A stretch of 64,000 nucleotides of DNA, taken from NCBI GenBank assembly GCA_051362555.1, contig CM120643.1, positions 5,890,001 to 5,954,000 on the forward strand, given 5' to 3'. Positions 14,060 through 28,218 of the stretch are shown here, one piece after another. Numbering within the stretch: position 1 is the stretch's first letter; each line of letters opens with the position of its first letter. This stretch comes from Lingula anatina. Its lineage: Eukaryota; Animalia; Brachiopoda. Below the pieces are notes generated by a model that was not told the DNA's origin, ran no database searches, and worked only from the letters and a program-made list of their open reading frames with translations. A program made the position numbers and the translations under genes.

Positions 14060-15974
14060 TATGGAACGCCATTCACGCAAAAAATGCAGACGTCAATTCA
14101 ACAATCTATCGGCACTATTTAACAGCCAAAACCTACTTTAACTATCTAAACTTAATTCTACTAAATTAGTTTTGGTCATTTTAATCTAATCGTCAAAATC
14201 TAACAATCAAAAAACGATTCCAAAGTCAGTTACTGCAACTCAACAATCAGTCACTGCAACTCAACAATCAGTTACTGCAAATCAACAATCTGTCGCGGAC
14301 TTAATTAACACCAGATGGCGCGCGCGCACCTTCAGCTATCTGAAACGTCCTTGACCTTTTCCATGTTTTCAATATTCCGCATATTATGCAGCACACGAAC
14401 AATATGTGGTTCCTCTAAATGAAACCAGACAACTTTTGTGTTTTTAATCTACAAATACTAAAAAAATCAATTAAGTTAGTAAATAGGCTGGGAACAAGAA
14501 CTTATTATAAAGTATATTTTATATTAACTATTATTGAAGATCATAGTAATAATTAAACGAGTCGCATTTCGATGTACTCCATGCTATGGTCTTTATCTAA
14601 AATAGCATTTTTTTATGAGAATACATATTGCATCGTATTGTTTGGTTCCATTGCTTCGCTTTCAAAAATTAAAACATGCTGTCGGGTCCAACATAAAGAT
14701 CATACGAAGTCGTATATGACGTAATGTCTTGTAGTCTAGTAGCTTTTGCTCGAGTAATGCGGCGGTCTCTGTGTATGACGCCGATGTAAATAAATTAATT
14801 ATACAATTAAAGGTAGTTAAAGTTTGCGTCATGGACCATACAGGTAGATAAGGAAGAAGGATATAAGCAATACCTTGAGAGATACTGTATACTGGAGACA
14901 TGTAGAAGGAAGCAGCGAGGAAGGAGATTGGAAGCGACGGAGTACGAAGCTGACGAGTTAAGAGTTGGAGACTTCACTTAGAATATGTAGCTTCAAGCGT
15001 CAACAAATAAATCGTTTAACTGGTCAGTTGTTGTATAAAGCATCGTTACATTGATTTATCCTTGTGGTTGACTTGGTTTCTGGCGCACACACTTACGTGT
15101 AGTTTTAGTCATTCGAATCTGGGATCGAACGTGAGAGTGAAAGGTTACTTGTCTAAGTGAGCGTAAGTGAACGATAGTGAGTGAGAGCTTCCTCCGATTT
15201 AGTACGTGCAGTACAATCCGCTCCAAAACCGGGAGATGAAGTTTAAAAAATTATATTGGCCAAATTCACCCTCGCACAAGAATGTCCTCGCAGCATAATC
15301 GGCAATTGACCTTCTATTCCTACGATTTTGAATGTATTTTGCAATATCATTTTCAATCTGGCACATGAAGAATTTTATTAATCAAGAGTGGGGAGGGGTG
15401 GAAAATACCCATTGGGGCCACATATAACACTATAAATAATGGGAATCCCCTTAAAATGAAGGTAAAATAAATGTTATTCTAAGGAATTCCGACGGATTTA
15501 CTTTTTACAACATAAAATCAATAGAACATTTCTAATATAAATTTGCAAAATGACACCAGAGAGCAAATGAAATAAACTCAACCAGCCGGTAAACACCGCC
15601 AGGCTTTCACTGCAACTTGTTTATTTCAAACACCGCACTTTTCGCGCATGTGCAGTTGTTTGAAGCCTGTGCTCCGGAAAAGTTCAAGGACGTTTCAGAT
15701 CGCTGAAGGCGTGCTAGCGCCATCTGGTGTTAAGTCCGCGACAGATTGTTGATTTGCAGTAACTGATTGTTGAGTTGCGGTGACTGATTGTTGAGTTGCG
15801 GTGACTGACTATTGAATCGTTTTTTGATTGTTAGATTTTGACGAACGATTAAAATGACCAAAAACTAATTTAGTAGAATTAAGTTTAGATAGTTAAAGTA
15901 GGTTTTGGCTGTTAAATAGTGCCGATAGATTGTTGAATTGACGTCTGCATTTTTTGCGTGAATGGCGTTCCATA
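14060..15974. mobile_element. Non-autonomous TIR element, ~300-bp TIRs, TATGG...CCATA ends (IS3EU-like)
   Basis: 14060-~14362 is the reverse complement of ~15675-15974. Flanks aaggac / caggac form an imperfect 6-bp TSD. Confidence 0.82.
14785..15050 (+). mobile_element. Possible LTR remnant nested in the IS3EU-like element
   Basis: TGTAA...TTACA ends, TATA-like motif, purine-rich tract and AATAAA about 40 nt from the end; no clear TSD. Confidence 0.35.
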
Positions 15975-16277
15975 CAGGACACTAGCTGTCAGTTCTGATG
16001 CACTGATGTATTATGCTTACTGTAACTACATAGCCAACATCAAATTCTAATTCTGCATAACAGTGGATTAGGATCAAAGTAAAATGTGTAACAAGCATTA
16101 GACTGAGTTCCCATACCTATATCAATCTAACAGGATCAATCCAACTCCAAGGGGTTTCTCACTAAATTGCTTTCAGCTGAAGCAGCTTAGGATTCTGGCA
16201 TGCCAGTAGGCGTGACAGACAGCTAAGCCACTTACATTGATTGCATTTAGCGAGAATTCCCTTGAAATGGTCCCTAA

Positions 16278-16823
16278 GAGCGCATTCTCAACGAATTAAG
16301 CCAGGCTTTACAAAGCCGGTGACCTAAAAATGGCGGACGTACATGAAAGAAAAACCGCCTAATCTTTTAATAGTCTCTCCGCCTCTCACACGCCTCCCCA
16401 CACGTTGTCCCTGCGGGGTACAGTAATTAAATCTCGGCTCCGAACATTAATATTTCCGTGAATATCTCTGGTGATATTATCTCCGCAGATAGTCGATTCA
16501 TTGCTGCTCTACGGGCCAAATTATTCCTTTTTCGTCTCTGTTTTCAAAGATAATAGAACAGAAGAGCTTTTTTCCTTCGATCGCCTTCAGCCGCCATGCT
16601 TTCTTCACCACGAGTTTAACTGATGAGCATGCGCACTTAATATTTCTCAGGTAACTTCCGCATGGCGAACGGAGACGCGATTTAATTACTGTACCCCGCA
16701 GGGACGACGTGTGGGGAGGCGGAGAGACTATTAAAAGATTAGGCGGTTTTTCTTTCATGTACGTCCGCCATTTTTAGGTCACCGGCTTTGTAAAGCCTGG
16801 CTTACTTCGTTGAGAATGCGCTC
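16278..16823. mobile_element. PIF/Harbinger-type (Tourist-like) MITE with ~160-bp TIRs
   Basis: gagcgcattctcaacgaa... / ...ttcgttgagaatgcgctc; TAA TSD at 16275-16277 and 16824-16826. Confidence 0.88.
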
Positions 16824-19800
16824 TAAGGCTTCAGGCTGATAAGAGTTAAAGTTCATATTTTGGAAATGCCAGAATGAGATAAAGTGAAAAATTCACAAAA
16901 AAATGCTTAAACTATATCTATAGTTTAATAGAGCTGTTTTTCTTATTTGGGCTGTAAGTCAATCCTAAGAATCATTCTTGTAAGTTAAAAAAATACAGAA
17001 AATATTACAAAGTAACAGTACAGGGCACCTGGTGGATGGGAGTGATAAGTCACAACTTGAAAATGCCAGTTTGAAAAATCAAAAATTAAAGAAAATATTA
17101 CAAAAATATTCCACTAAAGCTGCCATTCAGTCTAGCTGTATAACTATGATATGAATCATCCAATTGAGTTTAAACAGTGTAAACAACTCACAGAAGTATG
17201 TTTTATCACAAAAAGGGCAGCCATAGCTATTATTCTGATATCTGAACTTGTCATCAGACCGTGTGACCTCCATAGATGGCTATACTTTGTAATAATTTCT
17301 TAAGAGATTATAACAAAAAAACAAGGCAGCAAAGCTGTCAAATGTACAGACAAAAAGCAGGAAATAACTATGCACAAAATAGGCTAATGTCAATTCTGAT
17401 GCAAAAGTACATTATGTTAAACTGCAAATTTAACATCAAAGTTTAATTATGCTCAACAGGTAATACCAATGTAAGTAAAATGTGTAACAAGCATAAGGCC
17501 TCAGGCCCATGGGAGTTCAAGTTCACTCTTTGAACATGCATAACTTCCAGAAAAAGAAGCCAATTAGACTGCTTTTCCAACTCAGGCTGCATGCCGATTT
17601 CGAACTTGACTTGCGTTTTAGTAAGATCAATTACTCCTGTGAGTTTCATGACAACAAGCCTATCGGTTTTTCTTGAAATGTGTTTACAGTGTTGCATATA
17701 TGTTGAAAAGTGAAAAAAAAAAGCATAAGGCCACACTTTTTTATTTTTATGGATGACATCCTCTGGGTACCCCAAAATCGGTGCGAGAGGGCGAAAAAAA
17801 AAAAAAACAGTCCAAAAAAAAAAAAACTGCTTAAGTAAAGGAATGCTGTCAGTACACAGCTGGAAACACAAATTTAACCACAGAAACACGTATCAAACTA
17901 ACAATATGTCTTTATCCATGCTCTCAAAATATTAAAGCATTGTGAATACTTCGTAGAAATGTAAAAAAAGTCATGAATTGATATACTTCATATTACCAAA
18001 TCTATTTCAGGTTATTTCATGCATTCATTTGGTAAAGCAATCAATAAAACAAATATCAATCAAACAGTGTGTCTTTATTTGTATTCTCAGAATATTAAAA
18101 CATTTTGAACACTTCACAGAAATGTTTAAAAAATGATGCAAAGATATGCTTAATACTACCAAATCTATTAAAGGTCATTTCAGACGATGCCATTTTGTCA
18201 ACTTCAACTCACACGAAGCAGCTAAACTGTCAGGTGGCCTGTCCGACCTCCAGCCCACCAAATACCTCGACGCCCTTGTCGACCCTTTTTTCGCTACAGA
18301 AAACCTGGTATTAATGTGCTGCTTTATACAGAATGTCACGGAAATGTTTCGGCCGCCGCCAGCCTTTCGCACAATTGTAAAAAGGTGATATCTCCATGCC
18401 GAATATCAATGGCATACCAATCCAAAACGATGGCGCCCGTTCTCTTTATGACTTTTATTGTTGTGTAATTTGAAAGTAATCCTAGAGATGAATTTGACAG
18501 CAAAGTGGTCGCATTTCCACGTGGCGAAAATACGCATGCGCAGAAAGCTCATTTCCTTGCAAATTCAATAACAACGTTTGCGGGGTTGGGGCTGGGGGGG
18601 GGGCTTTTTTTTTTTTTTTTTTTTTGAGAACGGGCGAAAATCCGTGCGCGCGCAGGATGTCATCCATAAAATTAAAAAAGTGTGGCCTAACTTCTACAAT
18701 AAAGGCCCGATCATGCTGATTTTTGAACTTGACCTGTGTTTTATGAATATTCATCAGCTCTGTAAATATAAAGCCCAAAAGTAAAACTGCCTTCCACTTA
18801 TCGTGCTTACAATGAAAGTGCACGGCGATGGCGATGACGGCGACGACAGACACAGGTGATGTCAATATGTACAGACACATCTATATATATTTACTGTACT
18901 GTTTAAGAACAGTAATTGACATGGTTTTTCTTAAATGGTCATCATGGGAACAGTGCCCAAAATAGGTTTTTTTCAAATTTTGATGCAATATTACATAATG
19001 TTTAACAGCATAATGACCATCAATTTTTAATAATAAAATATTAGTATCATGGATGTTCAGAAAATGTGACTAGCAAAGGTCTTCAGGCCCATGGAACTTC
19101 AAAGTCAAAACTTGAAAATGCCAAAATGTAAACAAGACAGCACTGTTCTGAAATGTTTTTTTTTTTTTCATTTTTAACAATTTTTAACATAAAACAAAAT
19201 TAACAGTTTACTGCCATTTTTATATGATCAACTAAGAAAATTGATGAGATGGGAAAAATATCAACAGAGCAGTGTTAAATGTCCAATTTCTTCCATTCTG
19301 AGATTCTGAACATAGTGAATGATTGAATCTGACAAACTGCAATGATATGAGTTTTTTTCTATTTTTGAAACTTTATTACACAATACATGATAACAAGTTT
19401 ACCATCTTTTTTACAAAATCAACTAACAATGTTGTAAAGATGCAGGAAATGTCAAACAAACACTTTTATGTATCTTATTAGTTTAATAATGAGACTGTTA
19501 ACATGCCTAAGAATTGAATCTGAGGAAATGTGAAAAATATGCTGAAAAGTGAAAAAACAGCATAACTTCACCCCGGTGAAGTTGATTCCTGGTTCCTTAT
19601 TCCTTATTCGGTTACTTATTCAAATGTGAAGTTGGTTACTTATTCCCGGTTCCTTATTCGGTGACTTATTCAACTTTTTTATGTTTTTTTATGATTTTGA
19701 TGCTAGAATACCTGTTTCATCATACTAGCACCCCCTCTTCATCTAGATGACACCCTAAAATTGTTAAATATACCAATAAAAACACAAAATATAACCCATT

Positions 19801-20412
19801 CCTTATTCAAAAGTCCTGTTACTTATTCGGTTACTTATTCCTTATTCGGTTACTTATTCCTTATTCGGTTACTTATTCAACTTTTTTATGTTTTTTTATG
19901 ATTTTGATGCTAGAATACCTGTTTCATCATACTAGCACCCCCTCTTCATCTAGATGACACCCTAAAATTGTTAAATATACCAATAAAAACACAAAATATA
20001 ACCCATTCCTTATTCAAAAGTCCTGTTACTTATTCGGTTACTTATTCCTTATTCGGTTACTTATTCCTTATTCGGTTACTTATTCAACTTTTTTATGTTT
20101 TTTTATGATTTTGATGCTAAAATACCTGTTTCATCATACTAGCACCCCCTCTTCATCTAGATGACACCCTAAAATTGTTAAATATACCACTAAAAACACA
20201 AAATATAACCCATTCCTTATTCAAAAGTCCTGTTACTTATTCGGTTACTTATTCCTTATTCGGTTACTTATTCAACTTTTTTATGTTGTTTTATGATTTT
20301 GATGCTAGAATACCTGTTTCATCATACTAGCACCCCCTCTTCATCTAGATGACACCCTAAAATTGTTAAATGTACCACTAAAAACACAAAATATAACCCA
20401 TTCCTTATTCAA

Positions 20413-20688
20413 AAGCCGCCAATACTTGTTGTCAATGTTTGTGATTATGTAGAGGCAGGACTGCACTCAAAGGATTTGAAGGCCTTTTCCCCCGTTGTAG
20501 AAGCACAGAATGTGAAATACATTCTTATTGGAATAACGATGCACCGAAAAGGACACTTTGTAGCCTGTATCAACTCAACGAAACATGGTTGGTTATATTA
20601 TGATGGGTTAAGAGGAGAGCTGAAGCCATTCCGACGAGAAAGTGTAGCTGGATGTGTGCCAGGGAATGTCATATATTTGCAGGAATAA
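20413..20688 (+). pseudogene. C-terminal fragment of a USP-like (peptidase C19-like) cysteine protease domain
   Basis: KPPILVVNV...KYILIGITMHRKGHFVACINSTKHGWLYYDGL...GNVIYLQE*; resembles the USP His box (YxLxG...H.xGHF/Y.A...W..YD...Y). No Cys-box half present. Confidence 0.65.
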
Positions 20689-20910
20689 CTATGACCAGTA
20701 AATTTTCTATTACTCAGCCTACATCACTCAGTATCTAGCATCAATATCAGAAAAAAATGTGTAAAATGTTTATATTTGTATATATCTCATCGTCGATTTG
20801 TTGGGAGTTCTTTCGTTTTATAATGTTTTCGTTATGATTCTCTTTTGTTGTCCATGCCACGTCAAATCTTTGCTTACATAGGCCTCGTGTCTCTCCCCTG
20901 ACATAGAGGC

Positions 20911-21240
20911 CTATAGTCTGTTTGACGAAAGCTTGCCGGGTTGTTTTTTGGGCACCAACTGCTCTCATCCTCAACAGATTTTAATAAACAAATACTTTCT
21001 GAATCTTGAGATTACATCGTATTAGCAGTATAAGAACTGAGAGTCTAGGATATTTCAAAGTCTAAAGATGACAGGAAGGGAAAATTGCAATACTTGATAT
21101 CAAACTTATGCCCATATTTTCTGCTCAACATGCACTCTCCCATTCAAACTCCAATAAAAGTTGAATTTTGAACTTATGAATACATTCATATAGAGTGTTG
21201 CGCTTCTAAAGACAGCAAGGTTTCGTCAAACAGACTATAG
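20911..21240. mobile_element. MITE nested in the 19570-22065 element
   Basis: ctatagtctgtttgacgaaagcttgc / gcaaggtttcgtcaaacagactatag inverted ends. Confidence 0.8.
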
Positions 21241-24200
21241 CCTAGTTAATTTAATCATCAACAGGTTTATACTACCTCTCCTTTCATAGTCACCTGCCAT
21301 CAATTTCCGTTTTAATCAATAATTAAAACCGGTTTTATGTCTTCCCTTGATTAAATACTGTTTATTTATCAATTTTACTATTGTAACATAGCCTTATTTG
21401 CAGTTTATACACTTAATTTCTCACACCCTTCTAATTCATCTACTGCTTGTATATTCTTGTCTCTTCAAAATACTGTTAATCAACCTGAAGTTGAATTACA
21501 AAGAATTTCCTAAATTCATCTCCTTTTGTCTTTTGGATTTTATTGTGGGTTTATAGTTAGTCATGTGGGTGGGGAATCCCCTTTCAAAGCGAGGTTTGGG
21601 CTCTGGCGTCATAGTAAAAATGGGCATCATTGGATTTATATAGTTAGTCTTTAAGTGCTTTTTTGATCTCATATTTTATGGATTTAAATGGGAATCATGT
21701 CATAGTGTACCAATCAGCAGGCAGCAAGTCCACGGATGATCATTGTCACAATGACGTCAGAGCCTAAGCTCCTTGGAAAAAAGTAACCGAATAAGGAATA
21801 AGTAACCGAATAAGTAACAGGACTTTTGAATAAGGAATGGGTTATATTTTGTGTTTTTATTGGTATATTTAACAATTTAGGGTGTCATCTAGATGAAGAG
21901 GGGGTGCTAGTATGATGAAACAGGTATTTTAGCATCAAAATCATAAAAAAACATAAAAAAGTTGAATAAGTAACCGAATAAGGAACCGGGAATAAGTAAC
22001 CAACTTCACATTTGAATAAGTAACCGAATAAGGAATAAGGAACCAGGAATCAACTTCACAGGGGTCATAAACCCTACAATAATGGCCCGATCATACTGAT
22101 TTTCGAACTTGACCTGCGTTTTATGAATATTCATCAGCTCTGTAAATATAAAGCCAAAAAGTAAAACTGCCCTCCACTTATCGTGTTTACAAGGAAAGTG
22201 CACGGCGCCGGCATCGGCATCGGCATCGCCATCGCCATCGCCATCGCCATCGGCGACGACAGACGCAGGTGATGGCAATATGTACAGACACATCTGTGTC
22301 TGTACATAAAAAACTTTTTCGAAAAAAATTAATTATTTGCCAAAAAGAACAGTTATTATCCCTTTAACTGCAAAGTCAAGTTGCAAATATTGCACAATAG
22401 GTAGTATCAATAAAAGTGAACTGTTACATGCCCTTTGGAGTTATAAGTCCCACACCGATATTGCCAGTATGTGAAAGAAAAAAAATTCACAAAATGTACA
22501 ACAGAATAACATGGTCTATAAGGTTACAGTTTCAGGACCATATGTGAGAGTTCAAATTCACACAATGAAAATCCCAATATGTGAAAAAAAGATGACAGTG
22601 AATAAAATAATATAATTACACAATGCTTAAAGACATAAAAACCAACACAACTCCCAATGTGGAAAAACAGAAAATGCACAGTGCTTCTGGTGGATGGGAG
22701 TTGAAAGTGATATCTTGAAGATGCTAGTGTTTGAAAAATAGTTAAAAGAAAATGTAAAATAAAACATAATAAAAAATTCCAATAAAGCTGCTATTCAAAC
22801 TTTTAATCTAGCTGTGTAATTACTAACATGACTAACATTTACCTGCATAATAATCATCGATTCCTAATTATGTGACACAGTTAAGAGAGATAAACCCAGG
22901 GGACTTTACAATGAAATCTCAATGTGTGTTTTATATAATCTCATTTAATGGCCACTTGAAAATTAATTAAGCAAATTACTTTATAACCCTAAAATAACTT
23001 AAAAATTAATTAAGCAAATTAATTTATGATCCCGAATTAATACACTGCCCGCTATCCATATACATTTATTGCACCATATAGCACTCAAAAGAACCACATT
23101 TCTTCCAAAACAGAAAACAATCACAAAGATTTTCCAACACAAGCTGCACTTCAGTCTTATGAAACTTTTCAGTAAGTTTGAGTATCATAAGTAACATGGT
23201 TTTCCCTCAATCGCTATCCTGGCAGCAGTGTCCAAAATAGGGTTTCCTTCAACTTTCATGCACTATAACATATTACTTAACAGCATAATGGCCATCAATT
23301 TTTTTATAAAAAAATAAAAGTATCATGGATATTCAGAAAATGTGATATGGGAAGGTCTTCAAGGCCATGGAAGTTCAGAGCCACACTTTCAAAATGCCAA
23401 AATGTAAACAAGAGATAACTGTACTGAAATGGTTTTCTTTCCATTTTCAACACCTTTTTTTTTACATAAAACAAAATAATCAATTTTCTGTCATTTTTAA
23501 ATGATCAACTAGGAAAATTGTTGACATAGGAAAAATATCAATAGAACAATTTTAAATGTCCAATTTGCTCCATTCGAAAATTCTGAACATAGTGAATGAT
23601 TGAATCTGACAAACTGCAATGATGAGTTCCTTTCCATTTTTGATACTTTATTACACAATGCACGATAACAGGTTTACCGTCATTTTTATACAATCAACTA
23701 ACAATATTGTTAAGAAGCAGAAAATGTCAAAACAACACTTTTACTAATTAGTTCCATTATGAGACTGTCAACATGCCTAAGAATTAAATCTAAAGAAAAA
23801 ACACTTATATACAAAAAGGCTAATAACTTCATCAAAACTTAACTGATCAAGCTTATTTTCAAACTTGATCTGTATACTAGTTAGACTAATCACTCCTGTG
23901 AGTTGCAAGACAAACGGCTGCTTGGTTTTCCTTAAAATGTGTTATCAGTGTTGCATATATGCTGAATAAGGGAAAAAACAGGATAACTTTTGTAAAAATA
24001 GTCCAATCAAGCCAATTTTCCAACTTGACCTTCGTATTATGAATATTCATCAGTTCTGTAAGTTTCAATCCAAAAGGAAAAAAAAATTAACACTTATCTT
24101 ATTATCCATGTTATAAAAATGCTGAAAACTTTGAAAAAAAAAGAATAATTTCCATAAAAATTGCCCAATCATGCTGATTTTCAACTTTGACCTGCGTATT

Positions 24201-24549
24201 ATGAATATTCATCAGTTTTGTAAGTTTCAAGCCAAAAGGTAAAATGGTTTTCCACTTATCGTGTTATCGGCGCTGCATATATGCTGAAAAAAGTTAAAAA
24301 AAACAGCATAACTTCCCTAAAAATGGCCTGATCATGCTGAATTTCGAACTTGACCTGCTTATTATGAATATTCATCAATTCAGTAAGTTTCAAGCTGAAA
24401 GAAAAAACACTTTCCATTTTACGTGTTATCGGTAAAAGTGCACGGCGATGGCAGCGACGACAGCAACGACAGACGCAGGTGATGGCTATATGTACAGGCA
24501 CATCTGTGTCTGTACATAATAAAAAGGAATGACATAGAATGTAAAGAAC

Positions 24550-24648
24550 CTGTCTGATGTACTCTTGTAGTCCATTTACACCATGTAACCTAAGAACAAA
24601 CCACAGCTTTAAGGAGCGAAATCTACGAGCCAGAGGAATTTGCCAATG
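24550..24648 (-). pseudogene. DDC: DDC-like exon, last one recognisable
   Basis: tag|[33 protein letters not shown]|gttc, 99 nt. Confidence 0.93.
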
Positions 24649-27600
24649 CTAGAAAAATAATAATCGATATTAAATCTGTGTAACGGCTTTTATAGTTTTT
24701 TAAATAACAATCCATGGGATTTTTTTCGGAAAATCAAATCAAATATATGATTATTGGCAGCAATCATTCTTTCATTTTGTATTTTAGGATATGTATGTAT
24801 CAAATACAAAAGTTCATTAAAAAGGCTTTAAAATCCAAAAATTTTAGAAATATCAGAAGAGAGGCATGACTATGACTGCATTCCCATATCCCTACTGTAC
24901 TAGCAGGATTGATCTATCTCAGCGGGGTTTCTTGCAAAGCAACATGAACAAATTCATGGACTAGTTTGCTGCTGTCTTTTAACCTAAATAAAAGGCACCA
25001 TGTATAGTAGTGGTTTACTTTTCATCAAAGCAATCTGGGTGATGATATGTGATTGTGCAAAACTTGTCACCAGTACAGAAATGTGCACAGTCATTGAATA
25101 GGCAGAGAAATGTCTTTGAATATGGGCATTTTTACAATCCTGGGCTCCTTTTTTTCCCACCAAGGGTAAAAAATGGAAATCATTATTGTGTTGAAATAAG
25201 TACTTTTCTTGAAAGTATAGACCTGAAGGGGATTAGAAATGACAATCCCGAGATAAAACCTTGTGTATGTATAAAGATATGATTATTTGAATTTTGAAAA
25301 TCATTTTTTTTAATTTTCATAAGCTAAACCTTGAAGTATGTGACTTTTATGATAATTTAAGGTATTGATCTCCAAAAAAACACTTAGTTTTACTCAGAGA
25401 GTATTGCTCTTTTATGTATTTGCAAAAAAAAAAAAAAAAGGATGAAAATATCCAAAATTTCCCTGTTTCGGAAAGGACATTTTTTAACAAGTATGATATT
25501 GTTTTAATATATTGTAGTATTTGAGTTTATAAGTTTTAGGTAAAGTCTTGGAATAACTGGGCAAAATAGGTGGAAGCTGAATTAAAATTGAATTCTTTTT
25601 ATTACATTTTGCACTTGTTTTGTCTATTCTGTACTAGTAATTCATTACTGGAATTTTATTTTATTAAATATTGATTCTAAGATATATCCCAGGTATTCTT
25701 TACTCCATTATATCTTATTTCCAGTTTCTTTTGTTACAGTTCATAGCTGTATAAAATATTATTTGACAATGTCAGATTTACCATGTTTAAAATATGTCCT
25801 TTCAGACATGTCCTTGTTTCAGAATGGACATTTATTTAACATTTATGAAATTGCCTTAAGATCTCATAGTATGTTGGTACTGGGGAAGCAATCATTGGAC
25901 AAAATATGAGTTAACTAGATTAAAATTGAACTGTTTTTATTACATTAATTGGTCATTTTGGATAGTTTTGATTCTTTTTTGAAATGTTACTCTATTAGTA
26001 TTTGATCATGACATAAAATAGAGTCTTCTACACTCCATTATACCCTATTCTACTTCCTTTTCATACAGCTCATAGCTGTATGAAATATTATTTGACATTG
26101 TCAGGTTTAAATTTAGTAATAACATTTTAAATATGTCCTTTTAGGCATGTCCTGTGTTTATTTAACATTTACAAAATTGCTTAAATGGTATATATATTTA
26201 TATTTTATAAATAATCACAGGAAGTTAATTTTAACCTGTGTCTGCCTGCAAGCACCTCTGTAAACCGTGCCAGTGAACTGACTCTCGCAACTTTAACATA
26301 TGTAGCCTCATAACTATTTTCGAATACTTTTATGTACATCATAAGTAAGCAATATTAAAGTAAGGTAAGTTATATTATTCAAAATTATATTCTACATAAA
26401 TTTGATGTGCTTTCCATCATCCTTTTCCTCATGAATAATAAATAGATGAGCAGACCAAAGATTAAACAAGTGTTTTAGACAATCTGTTTAAAAATGTCCT
26501 TTCCGATACAAAGCATCCAAATTGCCTTTATTTCTATTTAAACTGATATAATCTCTTCAATTAATTGTTAATTTAACTTTGAAATACATGAACTTTGGGA
26601 AAATATGCAATGGAAGTTCTAGTAGATCCAAAGAAAAGATGCTGACTTGCAAAAATGATTTTTTTTGTTGAGGATATATATAGAAATTTAAAAAGATGCC
26701 ATTGAAGAAATGTTTTTCTATTATTTTTATGTCATATGCATGATGCTCTAACAGTAATTTGCTCATGTCAGGTGAAACATACAGCAATAAAGACAGAATT
26801 CTCTCTATTTATAACATTGGCAGTGTAAAGGTACTTTGTTTCGGAATGGATAATTTTTAACAAGCATCTCAAAAAAGGCCTCAGTTAAATGGGTTTCTGT
26901 GCACTGGGGTTTTCTTATATAAAAATAAATATCACATGTCCTGGGCTTTAGAGAAATATATATTGTTACAGGCTAGGTGTTAACATGTTCTTTTTATGTA
27001 AGAGAAACCCAATGTTTCGGAATGGACAAATTTAACGGAAAAACACAGTAGGGTTATTTTGCACTCCATGTCAAGCTCAAGAATCATCGCGCAGATTTCA
27101 TTATTTGATACAAACAATACCAATACATCCAAATTATCGATGGTTAATTATACCGTATGTTTTATGATATATTTTCTGAAAGTAATTTATTTTTGTTTTG
27201 GAATGGACATTTCGTTTAACGGAAATACCAGCATGCCATTAAAAGACTTTTTTTCTAGGATACACCTCTCTACTTCTTTGCTTCCACCGTACTACTGAGT
27301 GTTTAATAATCCAAAAAAATGCAATGTCAAACACTGTTTTAATTTATTTCAGATTCCCTTTTATATCATATGACCAAAACGGGAAAAATTTTTGGTCATT
27401 TTTGACTTTGGACTCGGTGGTGAAATTTGGTTTCTATTTTCAGTGTTTATCTTCACTTACACCATTCTCTAACATAGTGATAAAATAATTCTTTGATCAT
27501 ATGTATGTAATTTGTTAATTAGCAATATGTGCTAATTAGCAATATATGCCTAGCATTGTAAAAATGCCCATATCTAAGTGAAAGAATCTCTGTGACTCTA

Positions 27601-28218
27601 GTAGAGGATTTAGTAGAGGATTCCTTAATTAATTCAGATTTAATGCATGCAAGTTTCTTTATTTATTGCTAATATGTCTTTGATTTGAGTAATAAGTAAA
27701 ATAGTTGAAACAACTAGTTATAATATTTAGCTTTAAGCAAAATCCCCTTGAGATAAGAATACTTAAATGACAGAAAAACATATAAATGACAAATATAATT
27801 GAAAAAGAAATCAAGTACTGTTTTGAAAAAATCATTTTGAGCCTCCATATAATCAGGCCATTTAAATTTATGAGCAGGAATAAGTGAAAATTTGAAAAAT
27901 AAAGAAGATGGCAACCATAGGCTCTGAAATTATGGTTAGCCATTGGAAACATCATGGTAGTAACTTGAGGTTACCATGAGGTTTCTGAAAATTTAGTGGT
28001 TGACCCAGGATTTTGCTGAAAAAACAACAGTGGGCAAGAGCAATTTTAATATAACATATGTAACAGTGGTGGAAAATTAGTTGGATTTGTCATGTTTCAC
28101 CCGTATTTACTGTTTTTAGAAGAGAGAATGAGAACTTCCAAAGCTAAAGGGGAGGGTCAAATGCCTACATATATATATAGTGCTTTTCAGTGCTCTGGAT
28201 CCACCACATGTATAATTT

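Larger units (their letters stand above)
19570..22065. mobile_element. TIR DNA transposon derivative with tandem subterminal repeats and a cysteine-protease gene fragment
   Basis: accccggtgaagttgattcctggttccttatt... mirrors ...aataaggaaccaggaatcaacttcacaggggt. Left arm has 4 tandem 190-208-bp units, right arm one inverted unit. It splits the host motif cagcataacttc / tacaataatggcccgatc. Confidence 0.85.
17320..24525 (+). mobile_element. Composite of Helentron-type non-autonomous elements (HINE-like) with nested insertions
   Basis: 5' end acaaggcagcaaagctgtcaaATGTACAGACA; internal ~120-bp repeats (ttttcgaacttgacctgcgtattatgaatattcatc); (GGCGAC/T)n microsatellite; 3' hairpin atgtacagacac-atct-gtgtctgtacat plus A-run at about 22280-22313 and 24490-24525, partial at about 18870. 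Confidence 0.72.
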
